In this document: positions 38,401 to 52,345 of the stretch, one piece after another
Layout: the number at the start of each line of letters is the position of its first letter
How positions within the stretch are numbered: position 1 is the stretch's first letter
NCBI RefSeq assembly: GCF_001194135.2
Contig: NC_068983.1
Coordinates: 89,218,849-89,282,848, forward strand
Origin: Octopus bimaculoides
Lineage: Eukaryota
Direction of reading: 5' to 3'
Length of the DNA stretch: 64,000 nt
Notes under the pieces: generated by a model
Told to the model about the DNA's origin: nothing
What the model saw: the letters and a program-made list of their open reading frames with translations, nothing else
Databases searched by the model: none
Position numbers and translations under genes: made by a program

Positions 38401-39179
38401 AACAGAAATGAAATAAGTCACATGAGTTCGAAGCTTCAGTAAGTTTTAATAAGTTGTCCAATATAATTTTTTTCCAGTATGTATAAACAATAAACTGAGG
38501 GCATTTACACAAAGAATTTAAATCAACAAAATACCTAATTTCCTTGTATGAAATAATTAAATAAAACTTGTAATGAAAAAATTGCAGTGATTAATGAAAA
38601 CAATTAGAGGTGGGAGAAAGAGAGAGTGAGAGACTGTTGCAAATGAAAATGAAACTTTCACCAGAACATATAAATATTGTTTATCAAATGTTAAAACCTA
38701 CTCTGCAATGTTTATCAAATGTTAAAACCTACTCTGCTTACTCTTTTACTCTTTTACTTGTTTCAGTCATTTGGCAACAAATATTTAAATTTGTGACATT
38801 AAATAATAACAGATGCTTTGAAAGTGCCTTTTTATCCATATATATTAACAGAGGAATTTATAAAATTTTCCAGAGAGTCAAACCTATAAAAGCTCATTAA
38901 AACTATCTTGTTTCCAAATATTTAAATTTGTGAATTTGAAATATTCGATAACAAAAGGAAGTTCTGAAAGTAAATTTTCCTGAAAATTTCAATCTATAAA
39001 AAATCTCACTTGCTTAGAAAATATTTCTTTCAGCAATTTCGAAGTTGTAATATATCTCTAATTTAAACAAACTTCAAGGTAACCCAACAATGTTCAGCAT
39101 GCTAGAAATAGCAGCGATCACATAGTTATTATTGTAAGCCTTATAGTGTTCCAAACAGCCATACCAACAAAATCACTTA

Positions 39180-39755
39180 CTCTTTTCTCTCTTTTGCTTG
39201 TTTCAGTCAACTGACTGTCGCCATGCTGGAGCACCGCCTTTAGTTGAGCAAATCGACCCCAGGACTTATTCTTTGTAAGCCTAGTACTTATTCTATCAGT
39301 CTTTTTTGCCGAACCGCTAAGTTATGGGGATGTAAACTGTTATGTCTCAACGCTACTGCTATCTAGCACCTTCGGATGATCTCTACTCACCCACTACACA
39401 ACTGCTACCCGACTGCTACTCAACACTCCTAGCACGGCCAGATTACCTCTATTTATATGTCTTGAGAGATCTTACTTCTTCGCCTGGGGGCGTCGACACA
39501 ATATAAACACACCAGCATCAGTTGTCAAGTGATGTTGGGGAGACAAACACAGACACACAAACATATATATATACATATATACGACGGGATTCTTTCAGTT
39601 TCTGTCTACCAAATCCACTCACAAGGCTTTCGTTGGCCCAAGGCTATAGTAGAAGACACTTACCCAAGGTGCCACGCAGTGGGACTGAACCCAGAACCAT
39701 GTGGTTGGTAAGCAAGCTACTTACCACACAGCCACTCCTGTGCCTTCTTAATTTT
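39180..39755 (-). mobile_element. tRNA-derived SINE with CORE-like segment, interrupted by a 166-bp insert
   Basis: Minus-strand head ggcacaggagtggctgtgtggtaag (A box)...gggttcagtccca (B box), then ccttgggtaagtgtc (CORE-like). The 3' end also appears alone at ~35980-36040. Confidence 0.8.
39338..39503. mobile_element. Solo-LTR-like insertion
   Basis: Starts TGTTATGTC, ends GACACAATA (imperfect TG..CA inverted ends); flanked by 5-bp direct repeat TAAAC (39333-39337, 39504-39508); contains tatttata. Confidence 0.6.
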
Positions 39756-40482
39756 TTTTTTTTTTTTTAATTATACCAGTATATTAAAAAATTTTCATTT
39801 TATCAAAAATTTCATTTAACAAACTCCAGAAATTGATATTATTCTTGAAATTGTGTCTCATAGCATTCATTCATTCAATAAATAATTTTTTTACATTACG
39901 TATATAGAATAAACTGTGGATTTTGCAAATAGTGAATTAACACTTGAAATAAAACCATTCAAATAAATATATATTATATAATCATTAATGAAAATGGAGG
40001 TGAGAGAGAGTAAAAGACTGTTGCAAATGAATAATATTGTGTATTAAATATTAAAATCTATTCCACAGTAAATACAATGAATATTTAAATTTGTGAAAAA
40101 CTTGTAGTTCAAATATTCAATGAACTTGAGAAAACGAAATTGCAGGAAATTTCTTGGAATATGAATTTCTAAAAAAATTTCCAGTCAAGCTTTCTTCTGG
40201 TAACTGTTACATAACTAATTAATAAGCAGCTTCCTCCATTATAATGTGGATTTCTAACATAGACAGAGTGCCACAAATTTTGAGGGAGAGTATAGTCATT
40301 GTTCTACTTCTACTTGTATATGATTGTACATTGCTCCCAATCTGTCAACTTCTAGAGTTTGTACCACAGTAACAACAATAATAATGAGAAGGAAGAAATT
40401 GATATGAAATTCAGTCTAGAAAAATGTGCCCAAACAAAGTTTGAACAGACGAAAATTAATAAAGTCCATTGATATCTTAATA

Positions 40483-41365
40483 TGAGGGGATACCCAAAAT
40501 TTTGGAATTTTGCAATATTATTTTATTCACTTAGTTTTACATTTACACTTTTATCACCTTCAAAGTATTCTCCATTTGAAGCAATGCATCAGCCCAGACA
40601 CGTTTTCCACTATTCAAAGCAGTGCTGGATCTCTTCCGAGGTGATGCCTTTTAACACCTCTGTCGTTTTTTTCTTCACCTCTTTCACATCTGCAAATTCC
40701 GTAGCACCAGCTTTCATCACATATGATGACCTGTGAAAAACGGTCCAGATCAACTTCCAACTGTTCTTTCAGTTCATGACGGGCATTCAGTCGTGACTAC
40801 TTTTGATCTTCTGTGAGCAAGCAAGGCACAAATTTGCTACAACTCTTTTCATTTGCAATTCCTCACTCAAAATTCATTGGCAGGAGCTCCAGGACACACC
40901 AATCATATCAATAAGTTCATCAATTGTTCAGTGATGGTCTTCCAAGATCAGTTCATGAATTTTCATGTTTGCATTCGTTCAGGATGACCTCCTGAATGAG
41001 GTTGGTCTTCAAGCAACAAGTGGCCATTCCAAAAGTGTGGAAACCACTTGTAAACTTGTGTTTTGCTCATGGCAGTGTTCTTGTAAGCTGTTTGAAGCAT
41101 GACAACTGTTTTGGCCACCGTTTTCCCCAGCAGAAAACAGAATTTTATGGAAACACACTGTTCCTTTGTCTCAGCCATTCTAAAACATCGACAAATGGGA
41201 GAAGCATTGCAAAACAAAGATGCATGATGTGACAGTAAGACTTCACCTGACACTGGTCAGCAGACAGATGCCTGAGGGTCATATTAAGTATTTTCCTAGT
41301 GGCAGAAGCCTGAACTACAACGGTCCCACAGAGAACGTTTCCAGTTACTTTTGGGTACCCCCCTG
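40483..41365 (-). mobile_element. Internally deleted mariner element
   Basis: TA flanks; TIR-like ends (t)gaggggatacccaaaa / ttttgggtacccccctg; N-terminal EQCVSIKFCFLLGKT...QVYKWF..F..G...LED.PHSG and C-terminal CIASNGEYFEGD. Confidence 0.87.
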
Positions 41366-41439
41366 TAGAAGAAAACAGAGATAAGAAAATTAGACTAAAC
41401 ACAGACTAACAAATACTTAGGGATTAATGAACTTGAAAG

Positions 41440-43290
41440 AGTCATCATAGTTCATTCATCTTTGTCAACAATGACCAAAGACATCACATGGGAGAAGGTG
41501 TGTGCTCACAAGGCTCTGCTGCAGACCAGGCACTGGTGGTCTGCTGGGAGTTGGTTCTGGACTTGTACAGTTCATTTCCTTTGTTCCCCTGCAATCCTGT
41601 TCTATTTGAAGGAGGTAGCACTTTTGTTGGTACAGCTTCACCGGACAGGGCAGTCTTGCACTTTGCATGCACTTGTCTTCTGCCAGTTTGTTGTAAAATA
41701 GTCTCTTGGGGAGCCATGTGTCAAGTATTTGAACAAGGTGGCCTGCCCACCTGGCTTGTGCTCTCTTCAGCAGTGTGTAAATGCTTGGCCATTTAGTTTG
41801 AGAGAGGACCTCTGTGTCAGGGACCATGTCTTGCCAGATGATTTTCAATAGCTTTCTGAAGCACTTCATGTGGAGGTGGTTTAACATTTTGACATGGTAT
41901 TTGTAAACCATCTACGTTTTACAGGCATACAGTGGTGTAAACAGTACAACTGCTTTGTATACCTTCAGCTTAGTGACCAGCCTGATGCCTCTCCCTTTCC
42001 ACACCGATTCACGTAGCTGCTCAAATACTGAGCTTCTCTTTGCAATGCATATGTTGGCTTCCTTTTCAATGTTCACAGATCTGGAAAGTGTGATGTTGAG
42101 GTACATGAACTTATCAGCAACCTTCAGAGATTCCCCTTTGACAGTGATAGCTGGTTCCATTTATCGTTTCTGCGGGACAAGTCAGTGTATGACTTCCATC
42201 TTCTGAGTACTGATTGTGAGGCCAAAGTTGTTGCAGCGAGTGGAAAAGTAGTTCATGTTCTGCTGCATCTGGGTCTCTGTGGCAGCATTGAGTGCACAGT
42301 CATCTGTGAACAGGAAGTCATGCACTGAGTCCTCTTCCACCTTGGTCTTGACCTGTAACCTCTGCAGGTTGAAGAGTTTGCCATCAGTCCTGAATCTGAT
42401 TTTGATGCTGGTCTCATCACCATTGCAGAAAGCATCCTAAAGTTAGCATGTGGCAAAAGATCATGTCAACTGTCCTATGGCCCTCTCTGAAGCCACACTG
42501 ACTCTCTGGCAGATGCCCATCTTCCATGTGCTGAGTGAGGTGGTTAAGGAGGACTCAAGTATCTTGCTTGCAATAACAAGAAATGCTTTGATGGTTGCCA
42601 CAGAACTGCTTGTTTCCTTTTCTCTTGTGGAGGTGGACAATAGACGCATCTTTGAGCTCCTGAAAGAGATTAGTGGCTAAAAATATTGAAAAGGTGAGCA
42701 GAGCACTTCAACAACATTCTGAACAGGCGTTCCTCTATCAATGCTGAGGCCATTGCTTGCATGCTCCAAGTTGACATCAATACATCTCTGGCAGAGCCTT
42801 CAATGGAAGCAGAGGTCTAGAAAACAATTAAGCTTCTCTCAAATGGCAAGGCACCAGGCTCTGACTCCATCCCAGCTGAAATATACAAGGCAAGAGGACC
42901 AGTCTTGGCACAGAAGCTCACTAATCTCTTTCAGGAGCTCAAAGATATGTCTATTGTCCACCTCCACAAGAGAAAAGGAAACAAGCAGTTCTGTGACAAC
43001 CATCAAAGCATTTCTTGTTATTGCAAGCAAGATACTTGAGTCCTCCTTAACCACCTCACTCAGCACATGGAAGATGGGCATCTGCCAGAGAGTCAGTGTG
43101 GCTTCAGAGAGGGCCATAGGACAGTTGACATGATCTTTGCCACACGCTAACTTCAGGAGAAGTGCCAGGAACAGAACTAAGGCCTTTGACACCATCAGTC
43201 ATGAGAGACTTTGGAAGACCATAGGAAAGTTCAGCTGCCTGGACGGCTTCATCAGCGTAGTGTGACAGTTCAATGGCAGCATGTTCACTG
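41440..43290 (-). mobile_element. RTE-clade LINE (different family) with inverted, partly duplicated 5' segment
   Basis: Minus strand 41440-42675: FRTDGKLFNLQRL, DFLFTDDCAL, FMYL..TLS, KLKVYKAVV, QARWAGHL. Plus strand 42680-43290: AEHFNNILNR, GKAPGSDSIPAEIYK, LPESQCGFR. Confidence 0.85.
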
Positions 43291-43788
43291 GAAAATGGAG
43301 ATTGTTCCAACTAGACAAAGTACAACATGCACAAATGACGGAAAAGATTGGAAAAGAATTGTAGAGAGACATTAGATGAATATCTAAAATAGAGCTAAAT
43401 GCAAAAGTAAATTTTAAAATTATAGTAAAATAAGGTAATAAGCATCAATACTGTCCCAGTAATAAGTTATTGTAATAATATGTGTAACTGAATTCTTAGA
43501 ATCAAGACTAGATTAAGTAAACAAGAAAACCAATGAATGCATTCAGAACACATCACCCAAAATTCTACATAGAATGAATATATTAACCATGAATACATGA
43601 ATAAAACAAAAGATTGTTTTCTGTCTTCAAGAAGTTAACATATATAAGGCAGACTAATGTAAGAATAGTGACAAGAAAGGAGAAACAAAACTGAAACTAC
43701 AATAAAATAAAATAATAAAAGTTGAAGTAAAACTGAGTTTACAGAATGTCATGGAAAAGAGCTTACATGACCAATACCAGGTAGATAA

Positions 43789-43822
<34 letters not shown>

Positions 43823-44380
43823 GCACCGACTGAGATGCCCAGAACTCAACACAGACTAAATTATTTTTGATTGCATCACAAAGTACCAAATATGTACAAT
43901 GTAGTAGAATGCAAAATGTACAATGTGAGTAAACAATCAGTCATATTGTTTTTGGCAGACCAAACTTGGGGAGGAGGAGTGTTCGTTTTTCCTTGTGCAA
44001 GTATGTACAGGCAGGACAAAGCAGACACACTAGAAATCACACCAACATTAGGAAATACTCACAAAAACAAGATGGTATAGACATATACAGATAAGGCCTC
44101 TCAAAATGACAGTGACCATACTCTGGAACAATGCATAAAAAGAGTGGTTTAGCCAAATTGGCCTAATAATTATGAAAAATATTCTACTTTATACCTCAAT
44201 TCCAGCAGATGACAAGAAATAGAGAACCTATAAAGTACTGGAAATAAAGAAATCAAAATGAGGGCTGACAACCTAAACAATCCTTATAATATTAGGTGTC
44301 TTGGAAAAGAGATAGAGATCCCCAACTCTCCAAACTTTAGGACTTCAACATATATACAACATACAGACAACAGCAATAGC
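43290..44380 (+). mobile_element. Highly decayed R4/Dong-like LINE fragment (RT thumb to RLE)
   Basis: aaaataaggtaataagcatcaatac...gtcccagt.ataagttat is shared with 50141-50190; later remnants align loosely with the RLE end of 6574-7103. Confidence 0.55.
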
Positions 44381-44389
44381 ACTTCCTTC

Positions 44390-47300
44390 TCTCCTTTCTT
44401 TTTCAAGTGAAATTCAGAAGAGTTAATGAGGGCTTGGCCAACCTAGCCCACCATACAACCTCTTTCATTAAGGCCACCAGACATATAGACACTGCCTTTC
44501 TTGATGAAAGGAAGATAGTGGGACAGTCTTCATTGTGGACTCAGCTGGATCCATCCTACACATTACAGCAGCTGTTCAACATAAACCCACAAGTCAACAA
44601 TGTTCAGGCACTGGACAAGTATGTGCAGAACAGTTTTGTCACTCTGCCTACATCTCAAGGAAACCTGATTGGCAGTGCTTCCATTTCTGTAGAGTTTATC
44701 TTGAACCAGTTATACACCTTGGTAGCACAGCCAGTTCAAGGATTTTTTAATATTATTCATGAGTCCTAATCTAAAAATCATCTGGAACAGACCAGCTAGT
44801 TGATTTTTGTCAATAGTCAGAGTTCCCCAAGAATGCTGTTGCTCTTGTCTGCTACTACCCCACTATAGAACACCATGGTGAAAATTCCATCAACAGCACT
44901 ACCCAACTGGCAAAAGTTCATGTGTGCTTGATTATATTCCAGATACTAAGTGCCCTGCTTCAGTCTATGCTTGACCCAAGACTGCAACCCTGTCAAAGAG
45001 ATGAGCAGTGGAAATGCAGGTCTAACAAACAGTGACCATATCTGTTCACTATCAAGGAATTGCAAGAGAGGTCATGAGCTCACTGCATGTCTGTGCACCA
45101 TCAGCCAATGCATGCCCATTGATTCAGCCAGTGTTGACAGCAAATGGAGCATCTGACAAGTGGGACATGTCTCTTCCACAGTAAATGGAAGAGTGGGCAC
45201 TCCAGGTCAGACAAGGTAACAGTGATTTTGTGGAATTTCTACAGGTAGCCCTTGAAAGTCTCCCTCTTTTGGGGAATTGTTCATTGTTAATATTTCATTA
45301 TTACTGTTATTTTTCTGTTTACACATTCTTTCATGTAATCTCACAATGTATCATCCTGTAACATTCTCGATCTTTAGATAAACCCTTAGTGGTTAATAAA
45401 GAAACAATTATTATTATTAAGGCAGCAAACTGGCAGAATTGTTAGCACGCTAAATTCCTTAGCAGTATTTCTTCCAACTCATTACATTCTAAGTTCAAAT
45501 TCTACTGAGGTTGACTAGACCCTTCCCAATAGGAGAGGTCTACTCAATGATGGTCAGGCATAATATATGATAGAAGCAATGTAAGTGTTCATCACCTCTG
45601 CCTGATCTTTCAGGGATAGCTTTCCTTTGATCCATTTCAGGGTGAGATTAACCACCCTACTTATCAATTTGTCCCAGTTTTCCTCAACTTGGAGATCTGG
45701 ACTAAAGCAGATCCCAGAGGAATTTAAATGGTTCATTTGCCCTATAACACTGTTGGACAGCATGGACCTGCCTCTCTAAGTGCCAAGCTGCAGGCCCACT
45801 GACTTTTCTTGATTGATTATTGCTCCTGTCACCTTGTAGCTCCTTAGATCAGTGCAAATTGCCTCAATATGCTTGGTATCCAACACCATCATGGTGACAT
45901 TATATGCATATGTTAACATAATTCTTCCACATCCTAGTTGACAGGGGATGCCCAACATCTCTAGTTTCCACAGTAGTGGCTCAAGAGACAGTACATACAG
46001 AAAAGATGAGAAGATGGACTGAACACACAAAGCTGAATGGTTCCAAGAGGTAACCACTCACTCTAACTACTTAGTAGATGTACATTGCAGCAATCCAAGT
46101 GTGGAACATGGGACCAAAACTGGCAACCATAAGGACAGCTGTTAAGCATTGGAAGTCAACTCTATTAAAAGCTTTTGATTGATCTAAGTTTATCACAGAT
46201 CCACTTACACCAGGTTCCTTATCTATGATATATCACATGAGGTGGAGGCTGTTGTGGATAGACCTGTTTGGGATGGCACGTTTGTACATCAATATGACCA
46301 TTGATGTCAAGCATCAACATCAGTCAAAATTTTGAAATCTGCATGTAGCAGAGTTTTCAGCCTAAAATTTTCTGTGATCCCCCTTGTTTGGGCTCCTTCT
46401 CAAAAGTGTCACTGCTCCTTGACTCATAGAACTAGTGATTCTCTCATTCTGCTGCCAGTTGCAGTAAATATTTGCTAAGAGGTCTCCAAACAAGTCTAGC
46501 ATGTAAAAGTAAAGCTTGTAGGGCAGATCATCCAAACCATCCATTACTTCCTGTATTTCTATAGCTGTTAGCTTTTTACAACAACTCTGCTTCTCTTGGT
46601 GAGAGGCATGGTAGGCTATCAAAGTAGGCACTGAAGCCCATTCTGTAGCCTGGCCTGCCACCTGTCCCAAACAGTCTAACGAAGTACCACAGAAAAACTG
46701 CATACATCTGGTCAAGTTTGAGTAACACCCACCCATCAAAGTCTGTGCAAAACCAAATTGGGCCTTTGTTTCCACATTATACCTCTGCCACTCAAGCCTA
46801 TTGGACAGCTTTTTGTCCCCATGTATCTTAGAGGTCACACCATAGTTCTGATAAGGCATCCTTTGAGCTTTGCATTGAAGAATTCAAGGGCTAATCTTGC
46901 TGCAAGCATGTCAGTTGCAATACCTTGCCTAAATCCTCTGCTTAGTTTCTGACTAACTTCCTTCTAATTTAGTTTTCCCTGTCACTATTTCCTTACTAAA
47001 TCTTATCAATTCTCTTTTATCAAGGCAAACCACCATTGGTTGTTGATAACTGCCCTCATCAACACCCACTTTACTTATTCATTGATATAGACTCTGTAAG
47101 CTTGGTGTGCCAGGAGAAATGTGTACAGCTTCCCCAAACCAAATAGCTGACAATTTTAAATTGTAGCCATTCTATGTTATTCTTATCTACTGGTCTACTC
47201 TAGGTACAATCTGGATGAGCTGATACACTTTATCCACTTCCACATCAGCACATTTGGGAAATCCAGACATTTGGAAATGTCTGAATAGGTTTATGCAGCT

Positions 47301-47600
47301 TTTGTATCCCACCTCTTCTATTGGCTATCCCTGAACAGTTCAAGCATGCATCCAAAGTGCTGTTCCAATTTCCCACGAGCACTAAGGAGTGAAACATTCC
47401 TAGGAAACACTCCAGACACCTAAAGAAATCTGGTCATCTGGCTCCTGTTGCATCATAGATGGCCACTATACTGGAAGGTATGGCCTTGAAATTTAACACT
47501 GAACTCTGATTCCTTTCATTCATCATGATGCAGATTTAGAGCTTAGTAGCTTTGGTGTTGCAGAAGATATACCCATGTGGACATGCTAATCAACTTCGGT
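44390..47600 (-). mobile_element. Decayed L1/Tx1-clade LINE ORF2 (APE + RT + C-terminal Zn knuckle), interrupted by a SINE at ~45405-45520
   Basis: DGLDDLPYKLYFYMLDLFGDLLANIY...GAVTLL...KGD; LYVLSLEPLL; YAYNV (decayed YADD); INQEKS; LSLKDQAEVMN; many stops. Confidence 0.75.
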
Positions 47601-49381
47601 ACTTTGTTTAGGTACTAAGAATCTGTCTTTCCTCTTTTCTGCTATGTCTGTTTCAACAGTGGAGTCTGGTGTGGTGTATGTGTTACTTAATGAGGACTTG
47701 TGTCTGTTTCTTCAGTTACACTGGTTTTTTTATTTTGCTCCTATTTTTATTTTGTACTAACACACATATACAGTACTGGTGTATCTGCTGTTGCTTAAAA
47801 TATGGATTTATAATATAGACACAAGGTTGGGAGTTGTGAGTATAGTCATTTAAGTCAACCTCATCACTTAACAGTAATATTTTATTGACTCCAGAAGGAT
47901 GAAGAGCAAAGTTGACTCTGGCTGGATTTGAATTTGACAGTTATTTGTAATAATTATTCCTGACAATAAAGCTTTTTAAAATCTGTTCGTTACCACCTTT
48001 TCTAGTTTTGCTTTTGCTACTACTTCTGACTTGATACAAATGCTATCAGAAGTAGCCATTATTTATTAGCTACCAAGATATTATAGATAAAAATTAACAC
48101 CTTTAAAGCTACTGTAAGTATTACACCTCACATCATTGTTGATCTCTGACAGCATTCTCATATATATATAAAATCAGCAAAATAGTATCCTGAAGGCTAG
48201 CCTTCCTCCTTGATCAATTTCTAAACTCTCTAGAAAGATAAGTGGAACCTGCATAGGAGTATTGCTCATATAACTGCACAAACAACCTAGAATACATCTA
48301 GTAATCACTCACCAATACACAACTACGATCGGTTTCCTGCACACAGTGGGAATGTTGTTGCTGTTTAACTCAAAGCTATTTAGAAAACCTATGACCAAAG
48401 GCATTTTTACCATGACCCTGTAACCCATTTTTCTTCTTCAGACTTAGTGCATTTCATACAACATTATCCAAAGTCTCCATTTTTGTTTTAAGGATGGTAA
48501 AGTGTAATCTGGGGAAGATTCAAATGCTATTTTTCAAAAGTTCAAATTAACAGTATGTGCAGAATAAAAGGTAATAGTCAATGACTGATATCACTTTCCA
48601 TTTTACCCTGGCAAGTACAAGAGATAAGTCTGGAAATATTTCAGCTTATTCTGCCCTTATCAGTAAAACAAAGCCTTCATACTTGCCGAAGTAGTGGTAG
48701 TGGTGAAAGGATTAATTCTAGCAATAATTCTGATTTACAAATGGTTTTGTAGCTGCATAAAAGATTTAAATACACTTAATCAAAAGGTAAGACCAGTTTA
48801 ATGTAACCAGGGCTCAAATGAAGTAACTATAGCACTTGTAAGTACTACAACACACTGTGCTACACTGCTACCATCACTGTTTCTACTATGTTGTTATCTC
48901 CATCTAGTTACCTAGTCCATCTCTATAATATAAAATGAGATGATGTAAGGAAGAACAAAGAAGAAAGCCACTTGTTTGTGGGTGTAGCAGACTGATATGG
49001 TGGATGGATGGGTGGGTAGACAGATAGTTGGGCTGGCGAGCTGGACAGTGGAGAGATTGATAAATGAATGAATTGGTGGGTGGGTGGATGGATGGATGGA
49101 TGGATGGATGGTTCTAACTAGATAACTGACTGGATGTATGAATAAATGAATGAATGAATGAAAAATGATAAAACCTAATATATAAACATAAAGAACTGTA
49201 GTATGATATTTCAGTACAAAAACTACTAAACTGGGTTAGATCAATAAACAATGATGGAATTATACTATCAAAGTCACTAATTTAATATATTAACATTGCA
49301 ACACTGACATAGTAGATGGGGGAACAAAACAGTATCTCGCTCGCTCTCTCTCTCTCTCTCTCCCACTTTTGTGCATGCACA

Positions 49382-49581
<200 letters not shown>

Positions 49582-50129
49582 CTGAATAAGCAAAGCCTAA
49601 ATGGCAGATCTATGATGATTAGAGTAGTTGAGATTTGTGAATCATAAAGAGAAGGGAAATAGTTACAATGGACAATGCATACTCTCTGCTGCATTCTTCA
49701 TCGATAATACTTCCATAACTCCTATCAAAGAATAGTACAGATGGTCAAGACAGCAGAACATAGAATTGAATGCATTACTGTAATTAGTTTCATCATACCA
49801 GCCTTTGCTTCTGAGTTCAAATCCCATCAGGATTGATTTTGCATTTCATCCCCTAATTACTGGATAATTTCATTCATATTCCTTCATTTATAAAATTGTC
49901 CATGCCCTTTTGAAAGATGCCAATAAGGATAATAATGATGATGATGATGATGATTTTAAATTTTGGCACACAGCCAGCAATTTTGGAGAAGAGGGCAAGT
50001 CGATTACATCAACCCCAGTATTCAACCAGTACTTATTTTATCAACCCTGAAAGGATGAAAGGCAAAGTCGACTTCATGAAGATGGACAAAATGCTGCAAA
50101 GCATTTTGACTGGCAACACTTAAAATACA

Positions 50130-51435
50130 GTTCAATGTGAAAAATAAGGTAATAAGCATCAATACTTGAGCTGTCCCAGTTATAAGTTATAGTTACAATA
50201 TTCTTAACTGGACACTAAATGAACTAGTCAAACTAGACAGGAAAACAAGAAAAATCATAGAATTTTAATAACATACAACACCCAAAATCTGACCTAGAAA
50301 GGTTATATATATATACAATGAAATGAAGGTGGCAGAAGCCTTATACTATAAAATATCCACCATAAGACTACAGAAATATCCAAGTGAGAACCAAGGAAAA
50401 CTGATACAAATAGCCACAAAGCATGAACAAAAAAAAAAAAACTTTTCTGTTTTCAAAGAAGCTGAAAAATACAAGGAAGAGGTCATGATACCTGACAACT
50501 ATGAAGAAAAAGAAGAAACATCAAAAGCTGTAAAACTGAAACTACCAAATATCATAATAAAATGATGGCAAGAAAAGCTCTTGCATGACAAATATTAGGA
50601 TAAGCTAAACAGAAAGGAAACAGACAAAATAAAATCTCAACATTGGTTAGAAGTTCAGGTCTCAAAGCAGAGGCCAAAGGGGTTTTAATTGCAGCACAAG
50701 TTCAAAGCCTCCCCACTGGAAATCATCAGAAACACATAATGAAGAAAAATACAATAAATAATTGCAGAATATGTGGTAAAGGGGAAGAAACAATAAATCA
50801 TATTATCTCAGACAGCCCAATCCTGGCCAAGAAGAAATATATCTACAGATGTGACAGAGTTGGAACTTATATACACTGGAAGTTGTGCCAGCACTACAGA
50901 ATGATAACAGGAAAAAGATGGTATAGGCTTACCCCTGAAAAGGTCTCAGAAAATGACAAAGCAACTGTACTCTGGGATATGACAATACACGCAGATAGAA
51001 AGATCAAGTTAACAGGCCAGATATTGTCATCAGGGACACCAAGTAAAAAAAAATACTTTCTAATTGATATATCAGTCCCAACAAGTAACAATGTATCTCT
51101 AAAAGAAATTAAGAAACTCTGAAAATACAAAGATCTGAAAATAGAGATAACCTGAAATAATCCTTAAAATAGAGATAACCAGAAATAATCCTTAAAATAA
51201 TAGATGCATTAGGCATAATTAAAAAACATAGTCAAATACATAACCAAAACACCAGGACTTATGAATATATATATATAAATAACAGAAAATAGCATTGCTA
51301 AGCACTGCACACATCCTACGTAAAACATTTTCAATACAGTAAAAATAACACTAAAACAAACCACAGCAAATATGCAAGGCACACAGTGAAAGCAAGTAAT
51401 AAAAATATAACCACTGAATAATAATAAATAATAAT
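50130..51435 (+). mobile_element. R4/Dong-like LINE 3' half (thumb, CCHC knuckle, RLE) with (TAA)n tail; same family as 6574-7103
   Basis: LIAAQVQSLPT, CRICGKGEETINHIIS, R.DRVGTYIHW.LC, VLWDMTIHADRKIK; 3' UTR aaaccacagca...aaggcacacag...ccactgaataataat matches the reverse complement of 6574-6700. Confidence 0.85.
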
Positions 51436-51749
51436 ACTTTCTTTGTTGGCCTCATGGGTTGCAAAAATATTTAGGACAATACAAAGACAGTGGGGATTTA
51501 CATAAACTTGTTAAATAATAAAAAGCAATAACAATTAACAAGAGAATTGTAACAAAATATTCCAGTAAGGATGAAATGTCACTCAGAGGAAAACAAAAGG
51601 AATTCAACAGATATCAAGTCATCCTGCTTACCAAAAGTACCACATATGTTCTTCTCTCCTTGTATTTTTCAGGCTACAGGTGCATATTTACTCTATTCTC
51701 TTGAGTCATTCTTACTACACTCACCATCTGCTTTATAAATTTACTGGGG

Positions 51750-52100
51750 TGTTGGGGTGAGAAGCACCTCCCTCTCCACCCTCACTTTTCTTTCCAAGAG
51801 GAATTTGAAAAGTCAATGAGGGCTTGGCTGAAAAGGAAAGTGTCTGACTTCAGTCCTTTCAATTGTGTCCCCACACAACCTCTTTCACCATAGATAGAGA
51901 GGAAAATTGCTTGCTCTTCTTAACTAGGTGGATCTTCATGATGGAGTTAGCCAATTGCTGGATCCATACTGTACACGATAGCAGCTATTTGACATAACCT
52001 CTAAGTCAGAAATGCTCAAGCACTGTACAAGCATGTGCCAGATGGTTTTGCTACTCAAATAGGCATGGCTGAAGGTATTACTATGCCTGTAGAATTTATA
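51750..52100 (-). mobile_element. L1/Tx1-like 3' fragment related to 44390-44700
   Basis: Shared taatgagggcttggc, caacctctttca and ctggatccat.ct..ac.at..cagct segments. Confidence 0.55.
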
Positions 52101-52310
52101 ATATCATAAATTTTGGCATGAGGCCAGTAATTCTGAGAGGAGGGGGTTAGTCAATACCATTTGACTGGTACTTTAATTTAATGACCCAAGAGGAATGAAA
52201 GACAAAGTTGACTATAATGAGTTTTGAACTCAGAATATAAAGGGCTAGAACAAATATTGCAAAGCACTTTTACAATACACTTAGGATTCTGCTGGCTTGC
52301 ATAATTATTA

Positions 52311-52343
<33 letters not shown>

Positions 52344-52345
<2 letters not shown>

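Noticed and set aside
42450-43195. Twin ORFs (KDHVNCPMALSEATL...) on opposite strands as a duplicated small gene
   Set aside because: Antisense frames of the inverted-duplicated RTE RT segment.
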